Below are positions 30,243 to 39,398 of a DNA stretch of 62,349 bases, one piece after another. The notes below the pieces were generated by a model. It worked only from the letters and a program-made list of their open reading frames with translations. It did no database searches and had not been told where the DNA came from. The stretch's first letter is position 1, and every line of letters starts with the position of its first letter. This stretch comes from a candidate division WOR-3 bacterium (GTDB taxonomy: Bacteria; Hydrothermota; UBA3072). The translations under genes and the position numbers were made by a program. The DNA lies in contig JAGLZA010000033.1 of the NCBI GenBank assembly GCA_023131835.1, positions 1 through 62,349 on the forward strand, written 5' to 3'.

Positions 30243-31046
30243 TTACATAAAAGTAATCATTGCAACTTCGTCACTATTTTTATTAATTGTCACTTCTCTA
30301 TATTGGAATTTATATTGTTCATTTCTTCTAGGTGTTTTACCAGAAGCTAACATCCAATCAATATTATTCTCAGCCAACCATGTATCAGATACATGTTTAT
30401 GGCCAAAACAAACAAAATCAACTAAGCCAGCCAATATTCTGAAAACTTCTTTTGCATCATCCATTTCCATGACAAACTTTTTAACACTATTTCGATAAAA
30501 TGGATGATGATGAAAATACACCACAACTTTTTTTCCTGTATTCCCTTTCAATATAATTGCTAACCTTCTTCGTTGAAGTTCTCCTACTTCACCGCTGGCA
30601 AAATGTAAGAACTCATTTTCATTACCAACTACCGAATCAAGTCCGATAAATATAACATTATTTACAATGGTAACCATTGGATAAATATCTTCCATTTTTA
30701 TACCATGTTGGCTAGCTTCGGGAAATCTTATCAATTCATCAAGAATATAATCTTGAAAGAGCTGTTGTGATTTCTCAGTATAAATATTACCTGCAAATCC
30801 ATAATCATGATTTCCTGGAGTAGGCAAAACTTTAAAACCTTCCCTTACCAACGGTTTTAAAATAGTACAAGCATTAAAATACTGTTGTTCTGTACCATCG
30901 TCAGTTATATCTCCAGTTATCAAGACAATAGGCTTTTCATTTTGATATTTGTTTAAGATAAAATTTATAACTTCTCGACAATTTTTATTGTCCGTTCTTT
31001 CAGTGCTATGAATATGTAAATCACTTAAATGAATGAATTTAATCAT
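30243..31046 (-). CDS. Calcineurin-like metallophosphoesterase (CpdA/Icc-like)
   Basis: SDLH, TGDITD, PGNHD, HHHP, GHKH. Confidence 0.9.
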   Translation of the reverse strand: MIKFIHLSDLHIHSTERTDNKNCREVINFILNKYQNEKPIVLITGDITDDGTEQQYFNACTILKPLVREGFKVLPTPGNHDYGFAGNIYTEKSQQLFQDYILDELIRFPEASQHGIKMEDIYPMVTIVNNVIFIGLDSVVGNENEFLHFASGEVGELQRRRLAIILKGNTGKKVVVYFHHHPFYRNSVKKFVMEMDDAKEVFRILAGLVDFVCFGHKHVSDTWLAENNIDWMLASGKTPRRNEQYKFQYREVTINKNSDEVAMITFM

Positions 31047-31054
31047 AATTACTC

Positions 31055-32044
31055 CTATAAATTAATATCTAATAATTCAAATACATGCTCAATTCTATTA
31101 ATAACAGTAACTGTGTCAGAACCTGCAAAAAGTAATCCGCAAATTTCATTGTCCTCTGTCAAAATGGCTGATCCTGAATCTCCGCCTGCACTCATTGCTC
31201 CAGCCATTATTTGATCATTAAATTGTGCTATTTTTCCTTCCCCATATTGTACATTTACGCTTACATCAATTTGAGTAATTTCACCTTGAGTAAATTCTGT
31301 AGTGCGCCCACTTTTCTGAATATACGTGCCTAATATAGCCGATTTAACACCTACAATTTTACCAATTTCCATAATCTTATCACTAACATCTTCATCATTT
31401 AAAGGTCGGGCAATAGCCGCATCTACAAGATTTCCTGTAGTTTGTTTTATAGCTTGTAAACGAGTTTTGCGGCCTATTGCATATAAAATACTATTGATGA
31501 TTTTAGTGAATGCTCCGCCAATAGGACATTCAGAAGAAACACCTGTAAAATTAATTGGTACAAACATAGTTAAATCAGCGATGTGATCCGCAGGAAATAA
31601 TCCTGAATCATGAGTCCCTGGCTGAAGTATGGCATCACCAATTTCTGCATCATTAGAACAAGCAAGAACATGATTGTTTGACAGGATATGTCTAACACCA
31701 TTCTTTCTGACAACACACCCCAAAGTTCCGGCTGTAATATCAATATGTCCTACACTTACACCACCAGGAGCAGGTCTATGCTTGCTAGTATGTAAACTTT
31801 TAATTATACCGGTTTCGACTACATCAGTTTGTACACCCTTTAATACGGGTGGAATAAGATCTTTTTTACATAATTTAACAGTGGAAATCTTTTTATTTAC
31901 TGAACAAATTATAGACAATTCACTAGTTTGTTTATTATTTATTGTTTTGTACCCGATACCTGTTGCAACAACACCTTTTTTCTCAAAAAGAAATTCTTTC
32001 TTTCCATTTAACACCTGTTTTATTTGATTATAATTATATAACAA
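31055..32044 (-). CDS. Nal1-like trypsin-fold serine protease
   Basis: GTLG, SNNHV, LQPG, VDAAIA, KSGRTT, GDSGS, GLLFAG. Confidence 0.85.
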   Translation of the reverse strand: MLYNYNQIKQVLNGKKEFLFEKKGVVATGIGYKTINNKQTSELSIICSVNKKISTVKLCKKDLIPPVLKGVQTDVVETGIIKSLHTSKHRPAPGGVSVGHIDITAGTLGCVVRKNGVRHILSNNHVLACSNDAEIGDAILQPGTHDSGLFPADHIADLTMFVPINFTGVSSECPIGGAFTKIINSILYAIGRKTRLQAIKQTTGNLVDAAIARPLNDEDVSDKIMEIGKIVGVKSAILGTYIQKSGRTTEFTQGEITQIDVSVNVQYGEGKIAQFNDQIMAGAMSAGGDSGSAILTEDNEICGLLFAGSDTVTVINRIEHVFELLDINL

Positions 32045-32048
32045 AATA

Positions 32049-32609
32049 TTATACCTCCTTGTAGTTGTTAAGTTCTAAATATAATAATACACTTTTTATT
32101 TTACTTAATAAGCTTCTTTGAACTTCGTTAATTTTTCGATTAAGATGCACTATAATATATTTTGTTTCTTCCATATAGTGTGTCATGAAATCCAATGGTA
32201 CATTTACGCTATTTAGATCCATAACATTAGACAAACGATCACATAATTTAATTGTAAAAGCATTTTCTGACATCTTATTCATATTGTCTGTTAAACAAAT
32301 AGCCTTGCCTTTAATTTTTTTTTCATCTTCATCTGTAGTAAGTTCAGCCACCAAACTCATTACATTACGACCAAATATTTGATCTATTTCTTTAAGGCTT
32401 GTTGCTGTATCTTCAACTACATCATGCAATAACGCTGCTATAAGAACATATGTTTCTACATCTTCATCCACACTCCATAACAAATTGGCTGTATTTTCCA
32501 AATGTGTTAGATATGCTTCATTACTAAATTTTCTCTTTTGATTGTTGTGTTTTTCTTTAGCAAATTTATGTGCTTTGTGTATTCTATCATTCATATTAAC
32601 CTCATTCAA
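32049..32609 (-). CDS. Stand-alone SpoT/Mesh1-like HD hydrolase
   Basis: H..QKRK...Y.TH, ALLHDVVEDT, IKLCDRLSN. Confidence 0.85.
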   Translation of the reverse strand: MNEVNMNDRIHKAHKFAKEKHNNQKRKFSNEAYLTHLENTANLLWSVDEDVETYVLIAALLHDVVEDTATSLKEIDQIFGRNVMSLVAELTTDEDEKKIKGKAICLTDNMNKMSENAFTIKLCDRLSNVMDLNSVNVPLDFMTHYMEETKYIIVHLNRKINEVQRSLLSKIKSVLLYLELNNYKEV

Positions 32610-32611
32610 AA

Positions 32612-32830
32612 CTAAATAAACTCCTTAGAAATTTTTGGGCCGAGCATCTTCATTACCCCACCAGGATCAATTCTACCATCATATTCAATATCAACTACAA
32701 CAGAACCACATATTCTACACCATCGTACTACTATATTTTCATCATAAGAATAAGATGATCTATGTATTTCAATTAAATCATGTTTGCCTTTTAAACATTT
32801 TTTTAAACTCTGTTGTATTTCGTAATCCAT
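32612..32830 (-). CDS. Hypothetical protein
   Basis: Packed ORF with WCRICG. Confidence 0.6.
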   Translation of the reverse strand: MDYEIQQSLKKCLKGKHDLIEIHRSSYSYDENIVVRWCRICGSVVVDIEYDGRIDPGGVMKMLGPKISKEFI

Positions 32831-32847
32831 TTTATTTTTAATAACTT

Positions 32848-33252
32848 TTAATTATTTACACACTGTTTACATCTTGTTTTGATCCACCCTTTTGTGTGTA
32901 GAATGTCAGTATTTGTTCCACACATTTCACAGGTATTATAGGACAAATCCTCTGCCAACCAAATCATACCGCGAATCAATTCATCTGCCCCATCCACGTA
33001 GAACCTCATTGATCCGAATTTTTCTTTTAATTGAACTATTTCTACTTGTGGTTTGTGGTTAGCATCAATATAATCTTGTATACAACTACATAAATTATCA
33101 ATGATCCAGTACCAACCTGAATTTACACAGATACCCCAACACATACAAGTTTCTTGCATCGACAAATCTTTTTGCCGAAATAATTTAGGATATTTTTCAT
33201 ATAATTTATTTTCCAATATTTTGTCCATAATCACTCTCCAAAATGTTCCCAT
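32848..33252 (-). CDS. Phage protein with QxKEKFG motif and C-terminal zinc finger
   Basis: GW, QLKEKFGSMRFY, CEMCG...RCKQC. Confidence 0.7.
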   Translation of the reverse strand: MGTFWRVIMDKILENKLYEKYPKLFRQKDLSMQETCMCWGICVNSGWYWIIDNLCSCIQDYIDANHKPQVEIVQLKEKFGSMRFYVDGADELIRGMIWLAEDLSYNTCEMCGTNTDILHTKGWIKTRCKQCVNN

Positions 33253-33431
33253 TCTGGTGATCCTCTATATCTTCTATCATAACCACCTTTTGATCCAAAA
33301 AATCTAAGCATATCTTCGTGTTTTTTATCACTTTTCTTTTCTTTTTTGTTGTTTATATGCTTTTTCAAAATAGAAATTTTTTCTTTTTTCATTATAAGTT
33401 CCCCATATATTTTTCAAATATTTTAACAATA

Positions 33432-33788
33432 TTATTTTTTTCGGAAAATAAACCAACCAAAGAACTCTTCTTTTTTGTCTTCATCAAAAAAATATAGTTT
33501 ACCAATCCATTCTTCCTTATCTTTCCGTTTTTTAAGTTTATCAATTATTAATCCATTTCTATATTTAAATAAAACCTCTTTCTCAGTAAAAATTATATCA
33601 AAATCCATAAACGGTACATTAAATTGTCTTATGAAAAATACGGGTAGATGGTTTTGTCCTTCACCTATTTTATTAATCGTCTTTTCTAAAATAATATGCC
33701 AGACATCTCTAATTTTCCATAAAACTTCATATCTTCCTGGCAAAGGTAATAAACAACTTCCTTCATTATATAATTTTTTTAATGACAT
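33432..33788 (-). CDS. Hypothetical protein
   Basis: GAGG SD, operon orientation. Confidence 0.6.
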   Translation of the reverse strand: MSLKKLYNEGSCLLPLPGRYEVLWKIRDVWHIILEKTINKIGEGQNHLPVFFIRQFNVPFMDFDIIFTEKEVLFKYRNGLIIDKLKKRKDKEEWIGKLYFFDEDKKEEFFGWFIFRKK

Positions 33789-33802
33789 TTTAATACATCC
33801 TC

Positions 33803-34486
33803 TTAATTATAATTAGCCAATTCTTCTATTGTTGGCCCTTGTTGAATAAACCGTTCTTCTGGTAAAATTATACAAGTTAACATCCCATCTTCATAATAAG
33901 CACCGGTATCTATACCAATTTTATTATGCATTTTACGTGGTTCTCGTGCTGGAGTATGTCCGAAAATGACTTTCTTTCCCCAATCAAAATCACTATTAAT
34001 AAAATCATAACGATCCCATAATAATATATCCTCTGGTTGCTGTTCCAGCGGTATATCTTTTGGTACTAATCCTGCATGTACAAAAATATAATCTTCCGTT
34101 TGATAATAGTTCTTTAAATTCTGATAAAATTTCATGTGTGTAACAGGTATACTTCGATCTATATAATAAGTATGTTGATATATATCATACCCATTATTTT
34201 CATAACTTTGTATAGTCTGATATCCACCATTATATGTATATAAATCTTCATTTATTCCAGACATAAAATCCATAAACATACTTTCATGATTACCTTTTAA
34301 AAATACGCAATTATATTGTTTATTTAAATTTATTAAATAATCTATAACTTCAAACGAGTAATCACCACGATCTATATAATCTCCTATAAAAATTAATAAA
34401 TGATTATCATCTATATATAACCTGTCTATTAATCTACGAAGTTTATAAAACTGACCATGAATATCACTTATTGCATAAATTTTCAT
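33803..34486 (-). CDS. Ser/Thr protein phosphatase (PPP family)
   Basis: DIHG, GDYIDRG, GNHE, HAG, FGHTP, IDTG. Confidence 0.9.
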   Translation of the reverse strand: MKIYAISDIHGQFYKLRRLIDRLYIDDNHLLIFIGDYIDRGDYSFEVIDYLINLNKQYNCVFLKGNHESMFMDFMSGINEDLYTYNGGYQTIQSYENNGYDIYQHTYYIDRSIPVTHMKFYQNLKNYYQTEDYIFVHAGLVPKDIPLEQQPEDILLWDRYDFINSDFDWGKKVIFGHTPAREPRKMHNKIGIDTGAYYEDGMLTCIILPEERFIQQGPTIEELANYN

Positions 34487-34490
34487 TTTT

Positions 34491-34709
34491 TTAATTCTTA
34501 AATAGTGGTTTAGATGTTAACTTACCAATTATTGTATTATCAATTTTTTCTATCATTTTTAACAAACAACCCTTACAAATTTTTTCAGTTGTTTTTGGAA
34601 TTCCTACCACTACTGAAACAAATATTGAATTACAATATGAACAACGATGTTCCATTATGTATTCAGTTTTAGTTCGTTTATTTTTATATGTATTTAATTC
34701 AAAATTCAT
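34491..34709 (-). CDS. Small zinc-finger protein
   Basis: CSYC...ICKGC. Confidence 0.5.
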   Translation of the reverse strand: MNFELNTYKNKRTKTEYIMEHRCSYCNSIFVSVVVGIPKTTEKICKGCLLKMIEKIDNTIIGKLTSKPLFKN

Positions 34710-34760
34710 TAGTTTTTTTAATAATCATTATTAGTTATGGATCAATATTGTAGAAACACT

Positions 34761-35348
34761 TTAATTAAATGGATTTTTATATATCATTTTACCAATTTTA
34801 CATTTTTTACATTTTCGATATATATCTCCATTTTTCTGTTTAACCGTATACTTGCAATTATCACATTCCCATCGATCATTAATAATCTCATACAATTTAG
34901 AATCATGATACTTATCATTTATTAAGTGTTCATATTTTTCAATTCCAATTACACGACCACCTAAGTTTTCAACAAGTTTATCATAATGTATTCTTGCAGG
35001 GTTGTCCAATACAGAATCAAACTTAATTTTTTTGACTTCAAGTTCAAACAACAAATATTTAAAAAAATTTATTATGTCTCTTGCAAACAACCCAGGATTG
35101 TCTTTATCAAAATTAACGGTTGTTATACTATTTATATAATTTTCAGGTCTTGCCCACTCTCCTTTAAAATAACCGCATACTTCATTTTTATCATTTAATG
35201 ATACTAATTGAACTTTCTGCCAAAAACTTGTTTCAATTTTTATTGCTTCAGCATAAGACAAATGATAATATTTATAATATGGATCCAATATAGTAGCTGC
35301 AATTTTATTGTTCAACTCATCAGTTTTTATATAAGCTGGTACTATCAT
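34761..35348 (-). CDS. GNAT (RimJ/RimL-like) acetyltransferase with C-terminal zinc ribbon
   Basis: DNPARIHYDKL..LGGRVIG...DSKLYEI; CDNC...CKKC. Confidence 0.65.
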   Translation of the reverse strand: MIVPAYIKTDELNNKIAATILDPYYKYYHLSYAEAIKIETSFWQKVQLVSLNDKNEVCGYFKGEWARPENYINSITTVNFDKDNPGLFARDIINFFKYLLFELEVKKIKFDSVLDNPARIHYDKLVENLGGRVIGIEKYEHLINDKYHDSKLYEIINDRWECDNCKYTVKQKNGDIYRKCKKCKIGKMIYKNPFN

Positions 35349-35398
35349 TAAATATTTTTCCTTTTCCGTTTTATTTGTTTATTTTTCCCTAGATTATT

Positions 35399-36061
35399 TT
35401 AAAATATAAGGAACCTATTATCAAAAGTATAATTACCAAAATTTTTTATTAATTTGTCTTTAAACGGATTTAAAAAATCTATATTTTTATTTGGTATTCT
35501 AAAATAAAAATTAAGATCTGCTTCTACGATTTTATGTAAATTATTCCAAAATAAATATTCAATTGACAAATTTGTTAAACAATTGTTACCTGCTATTTCA
35601 TCGAGATCTACTGAGTATAAAGCATTTAATACATTAATATCAGACAAATTTGAAAACTGTTTTCTACCTAGTATTAAATTAGAATGAAATATATATACTG
35701 GTGGTAATTCTAACAACAAGTTTGCTAATTTTTCTATAGATAATAAAGGAGAAAGTACAACCAAACAAAATGTTTTACATCCATGTTCCGCCATTGCATC
35801 ATAAAATTTAAACATTAATTCTCTTGAAGTGTATTCTTTATAATTGTTAGATACATCAGAATAATGTTCATTATATAATTGTACTACAAATTGTTTTTCC
35901 AAATCAGTGTGTGTTAGTTGTATTAATTCCAATGGTAATACATTTTTCACTATTTCTGGAAATATGTTATTGTCACTACGAATATAAAAATCACCAAAAC
36001 TATTTTTTTTGTGTGTTTGATTATTTTGAATTGGTTGTACTTTCCATTTAAAATTAAACAT
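35399..36061 (-). CDS. Hypothetical protein
   Basis: 220-aa ORF in operon orientation. Confidence 0.6.
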   Translation of the reverse strand: MFNFKWKVQPIQNNQTHKKNSFGDFYIRSDNNIFPEIVKNVLPLELIQLTHTDLEKQFVVQLYNEHYSDVSNNYKEYTSRELMFKFYDAMAEHGCKTFCLVVLSPLLSIEKLANLLLELPPVYIFHSNLILGRKQFSNLSDINVLNALYSVDLDEIAGNNCLTNLSIEYLFWNNLHKIVEADLNFYFRIPNKNIDFLNPFKDKLIKNFGNYTFDNRFLIF

Positions 36062-36078
36062 ATTGAACTCTTGTTTTT

Positions 36079-36285
36079 CTAAATTTTTTTAATCTCATTT
36101 TTCCACATTTTATTAAATTTAATTTCTGCTACTATTTGTTGAAATCGGGACAAATTTTTATATAATATGGTTTCCATACCACCACATTCTGGACAACTAT
36201 CTATACCCCAACTGTTACCACCCTTCCAAAAATGATCATGTGTTAAATCTTTAACACATAACATACTATTTTTATCTAACTTCAT
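36079..36285 (-). CDS. Hypothetical protein
   Basis: Packed ORF with CPECG. Confidence 0.55.
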   Translation of the reverse strand: MKLDKNSMLCVKDLTHDHFWKGGNSWGIDSCPECGGMETILYKNLSRFQQIVAEIKFNKMWKNEIKKI

Positions 36286-36290
36286 AATTT

Positions 36291-36629
36291 TTATCCAATT
36301 TTAGTAGTTGTATCCCAAATTGTTAATTCCTTAATGGTCCTTTCAATCAATCCCTGTTCTTCTAAAAACCATGCATATAATATATCTTTACCATTTTTAC
36401 CATTGATAACACATTCTTCTAAAAGTGCAATTGCATTATTGGTTTCTAACATGTTTATGGTATCCTTTTCAATTAATTGTTGTGATTCCTCTTTATTCAA
36501 CATTTTGTAACATTTCTTACAATAAAATTTCCACTCACCTGTGTCAAAAATACCGTATAATTCCATTTTAGATTTACACTTTGGACACATTATATTTTTC
36601 ATACACCACTCAAAGAGTACAAATACCAA
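36291..36629 (-). CDS. Zinc-ribbon protein
   Basis: CPKC...CKKC; start probably at MKNIM. Confidence 0.55.
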   Translation of the reverse strand: MVFVLFEWCMKNIMCPKCKSKMELYGIFDTGEWKFYCKKCYKMLNKEESQQLIEKDTINMLETNNAIALLEECVINGKNGKDILYAWFLEEQGLIERTIKELTIWDTTTKIG

Positions 36630-36659
36630 GTATTTTATAAACCCAGCACAAAAATCTTC

Positions 36660-36971
36660 TTATAAAGGTGTCACTACCAGATCGGCAGGGGCATCTGGAG
36701 CAACTAAATCGAAAGGGACTGCTGTCTCTATGATATCACTTTCGTTGCCCACATCATCCACAGCAGTTAGACCAATTTTATATACTCCATCTATCATTGG
36801 AAATTCTGGAACATCATCGGGAATGATTATAGAATTTACATCTCCAACTGAAACATGTGGTGAACCATAATTAAGTTGTTCAGTATCTGGAACATAATAA
36901 ATATTATAACCAACAACATCTATTGATGTTGATTTTGTCCAAGTAACCTGATATTTTCTTACATTTGCCAT
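36660..36971 (-). CDS. Fibronectin-III-like single-domain protein
   Basis: VTW.KS...VVGYNIYY...Y.IGLTAVDDVGNES. Confidence 0.75.
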   Translation of the reverse strand: MANVRKYQVTWTKSTSIDVVGYNIYYVPDTEQLNYGSPHVSVGDVNSIIIPDDVPEFPMIDGVYKIGLTAVDDVGNESDIIETAVPFDLVAPDAPADLVVTPL

Positions 36972-36972
36972 A

Positions 36973-37707
36973 TTATTCTTCCTCCTTTTTGTTTACATAC
37001 CTGTAACCAGGTATTTGTTTTTTTAATCTTTTTCTTACAGTGTGTCTGGACATACCCAGAAAAATGCCCGCTTTTGTAAGCGAAGCAAAGTGTTTATTAT
37101 TTATTATTACTGCATCACTATTAGGTGGCTGATTGCCTTGTAATGATTCTGATATCTTTAACCTGGTTTTTTTAGACACTATGTGCCCTTTAAGTGTATT
37201 AGCTATTTTTTGTTTTGTCTCCTCTGATATTTTCTGTTCTTTTCTTGTTACTGACATCTTTTGTCTTGTTTCGGCAGAAGGATGTTTACCATATAAGTGA
37301 TGTTTTGGTCCTCTCTTCGATTCACTTATTTTCCGTTTAGTTTCTTCAGAATGTTTTCTTCCTGTTTGAGCTTTTGACATGTTTTCTTTTGTTTTTTTCG
37401 AAAGTTTACATCCAATTGTACCCTCACCGCCTTCAGTAAGATTATAACCATTTTCAAAAGTATTATGATAACCGATATAAAATATTTCTAATTTATTTAA
37501 ATAATTTATACTATTAATATTGTCATGTAGTATTTTCCATACAAAATTTTTCTGACCGTATTTTCTAATAGCATTGTAAAAATAACCGCTGCATCCCCCT
37601 ACCAAAGATTTCCAAATATGGGTTCTTTTACGCCGTTCTAAAGTAAGGGTGGTCTGCCCCACATACTGCTTACCATTAACCCTATTTGTAGCTATGTAAA
37701 TTAACAT
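36973..37707 (-). mobile_element. Free-standing GIY-YIG homing endonuclease with NUMOD3 repeats
   Basis: LIY...NGKQYVGQT, GYNLTEGG, repeated HSEETKRKIS motifs. Confidence 0.9.
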
Positions 37708-37715
37708 AATTTACC

Positions 37716-38126
37716 TTACCAACTAGGAGTACCAGGCACTGTAAAAATAAGCCAACCACAAGGTCCATTGTTATATTCAGCATACTCTTTATCAGACGAC
37801 AATGCCCAAACACTATATTCTCTAGTACCGTCTGTTTTGTTATTAAAGGCTCTTACTTGAATTTCAAAATGTCTGGATGATTTTGGTAAAGTATTAAAAG
37901 TATAAGTTGTATTAATTGTGTCAACTATGTCTGTTTCTAAACCAGTATAAAAATAATGCACTATTTTTAATTCATACCCGTCTACCTCACTGCCCGTCCA
38001 AGCTACCGTAAGAGGTTCATCCACTACCCTTCTTTCTATACAGCCACAAAAATTATCGGAAGCTACAGCTAAACTAGAAACCGTAATAAAAATTAACATA
38101 TAAATATAAATTATTATCTTTCTCAT
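37716..38126 (-). CDS. Signal-peptide protein with FN3-like domain
   Basis: Hydrophobic N-terminus; LTVAW...GYEL...FEIQVRAFN...YSVW. Confidence 0.65.
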   Translation of the reverse strand: MRKIIIYIYMLIFITVSSLAVASDNFCGCIERRVVDEPLTVAWTGSEVDGYELKIVHYFYTGLETDIVDTINTTYTFNTLPKSSRHFEIQVRAFNNKTDGTREYSVWALSSDKEYAEYNNGPCGWLIFTVPGTPSW

Positions 38127-38277
38127 TTGTACCTCACTAAATAAATCTTTTTAACACACATTTTTATTTATAGTATCTATCTATTACAGATGAATACCAA
38201 GAATTAAAAATATCATTACTATTGATAAACAACTTATCCGTAACATTATATTAATTCAAATTACTAAAACAGATAAT

Positions 38278-38478
38278 TTATTTTTGTCTACAGTAACCTT
38301 TCAATTTATGAACAACATCTAGTTCAACAGTGTGTACATGACCGTTTTTCAAAAGAAGAAGCCCGTAACTTGTGTCTCCGTCTGTCACAATTCTTGCTAC
38401 TTCAAGAATATTTAAATCTAATATTATAGGATCTAAATCTACTAAATCTGTATCATAAGAATTTACATTAAATGACAT
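38278..38478 (-). CDS. Hypothetical protein
   Basis: Start moved to MSFNV (GAGGT SD). Confidence 0.6.
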   Translation of the reverse strand: MSFNVNSYDTDLVDLDPIILDLNILEVARIVTDGDTSYGLLLLKNGHVHTVELDVVHKLKGYCRQK

Positions 38479-38511
38479 AATCCATACCTCGCTTAAATAT
38501 AACAAAATACT

Positions 38512-38620
38512 ACACGCTGACCCCAAGCAGCGGTGCTTTTTTTTACAATATTTATTGTTGCCAGACTCTGTAACATTTACAAAATTGGTTGCTTACCGAC
38601 TTGGGGCAGGTAAGCTAAAC
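38512..38620. ncRNA. Intergenic pair of hairpins with complementary loops (CCCCAAG / CTTGGGG)
   Basis: CGCTG-ACCCCAAG-CAGCG and GCTTACC-GACTTGGGGCA-GGTAAGC. Confidence 0.4.
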
Positions 38621-38626
38621 GTTATC

Positions 38627-38809
38627 TTATAAATAAATAACTCTATTCATTTTTTCATAATCTGGAGTATCATCTTTAATACCGTTACCACCGACAACAA
38701 AATTATGAAAAGGTAAATTAACCACAAGGCTATTTAGAAAGAGCGAATCATTTGTATTGTATTCCACAAGAAACTTGTCATCATTGTTTTCCTGCTTGTC
38801 TTGTTTCAT
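38627..38809 (-). CDS. Hypothetical protein
   Basis: GGAGGT SD. Confidence 0.55.
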   Translation of the reverse strand: MKQDKQENNDDKFLVEYNTNDSLFLNSLVVNLPFHNFVVGGNGIKDDTPDYEKMNRVIYL

Positions 38810-38917
38810 TTTTTAGTGACCTCCAGTTATCCTTAAGTCAACATGAAATAGTAATGGGAAAATCCCCTTCAACATCTCTCCTTTGTTCAAAAGATACTGA
38901 GTAATAAGGAGGAGGTC

Positions 38918-39010
38918 ATGGCTATAATTATTGACATCCTCGGTTTATTAATTGCTTTAGTTGGTTTGTTCTTAGCCATCAGGCAAGAGATCAAATCACC
39001 GAGAAAATAA
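38918..39010 (+). CDS. 30-aa hydrophobic peptide, type I toxin-like
   Basis: TAAGGAGGAGG SD; MAIIIDILGLLIALVGLFLAIRQEIKSPRK. The only plausible + strand gene in a 45-kb - strand block. Confidence 0.75.
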   Translation: MAIIIDILGLLIALVGLFLAIRQEIKSPRK

Positions 39011-39022
39011 TAAACATTGAAA

Positions 39023-39078
39023 GTTTATGTGACCTGGTGTTACGGCACTAGGTCATGTAAACGACTTCCTCCTTAGTA
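39023..39078 (+). promoter_or_regulatory. Long hairpin plus anti-SD tail downstream of the peptide gene
   Basis: 17-bp stem with three G-U pairs on +, then GACTTCCTCCTTA complementary to TAAGGAGGAGGTC. Confidence 0.65.
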
Positions 39079-39117
39079 AATAGTATTAAATTGCCCAACC
39101 AGCCACTCAGCTTTACG

Positions 39118-39333
39118 TTATATTTTTTCAACAAGTTCATATTGTTTAAAGATAGATGGTATCTTTTTTATACCATTAACTAATTCAGGAGATTTTATAA
39201 ACTCTACTTTTACTTTAGCACATTTTCCTGCTTCTATTATAAGTTCAAATTTTGTAACACCTTTATCATCTAATCCAAAAGCTTTTAAGAAGTCTTCTGG
39301 TAAATCGGCTGCGTGTAACATTTCATTATTCAT
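39118..39333 (-). CDS. Hypothetical protein
   Basis: GAGGTGA SD. Confidence 0.6.
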   Translation of the reverse strand: MNNEMLHAADLPEDFLKAFGLDDKGVTKFELIIEAGKCAKVKVEFIKSPELVNGIKKIPSIFKQYELVEKI

Positions 39334-39398
39334 TTTTCACCTCGGAGGTAATGATGAACACTTATAAATTTTATAAAACAAAATTGGTCATTATATTT

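Noticed and set aside
39048-39078. SD-ATG on the - strand downstream of the peptide gene
   Set aside because: It gives only Met-Thr-stop and is better explained as the anti-SD of the + strand transcript.
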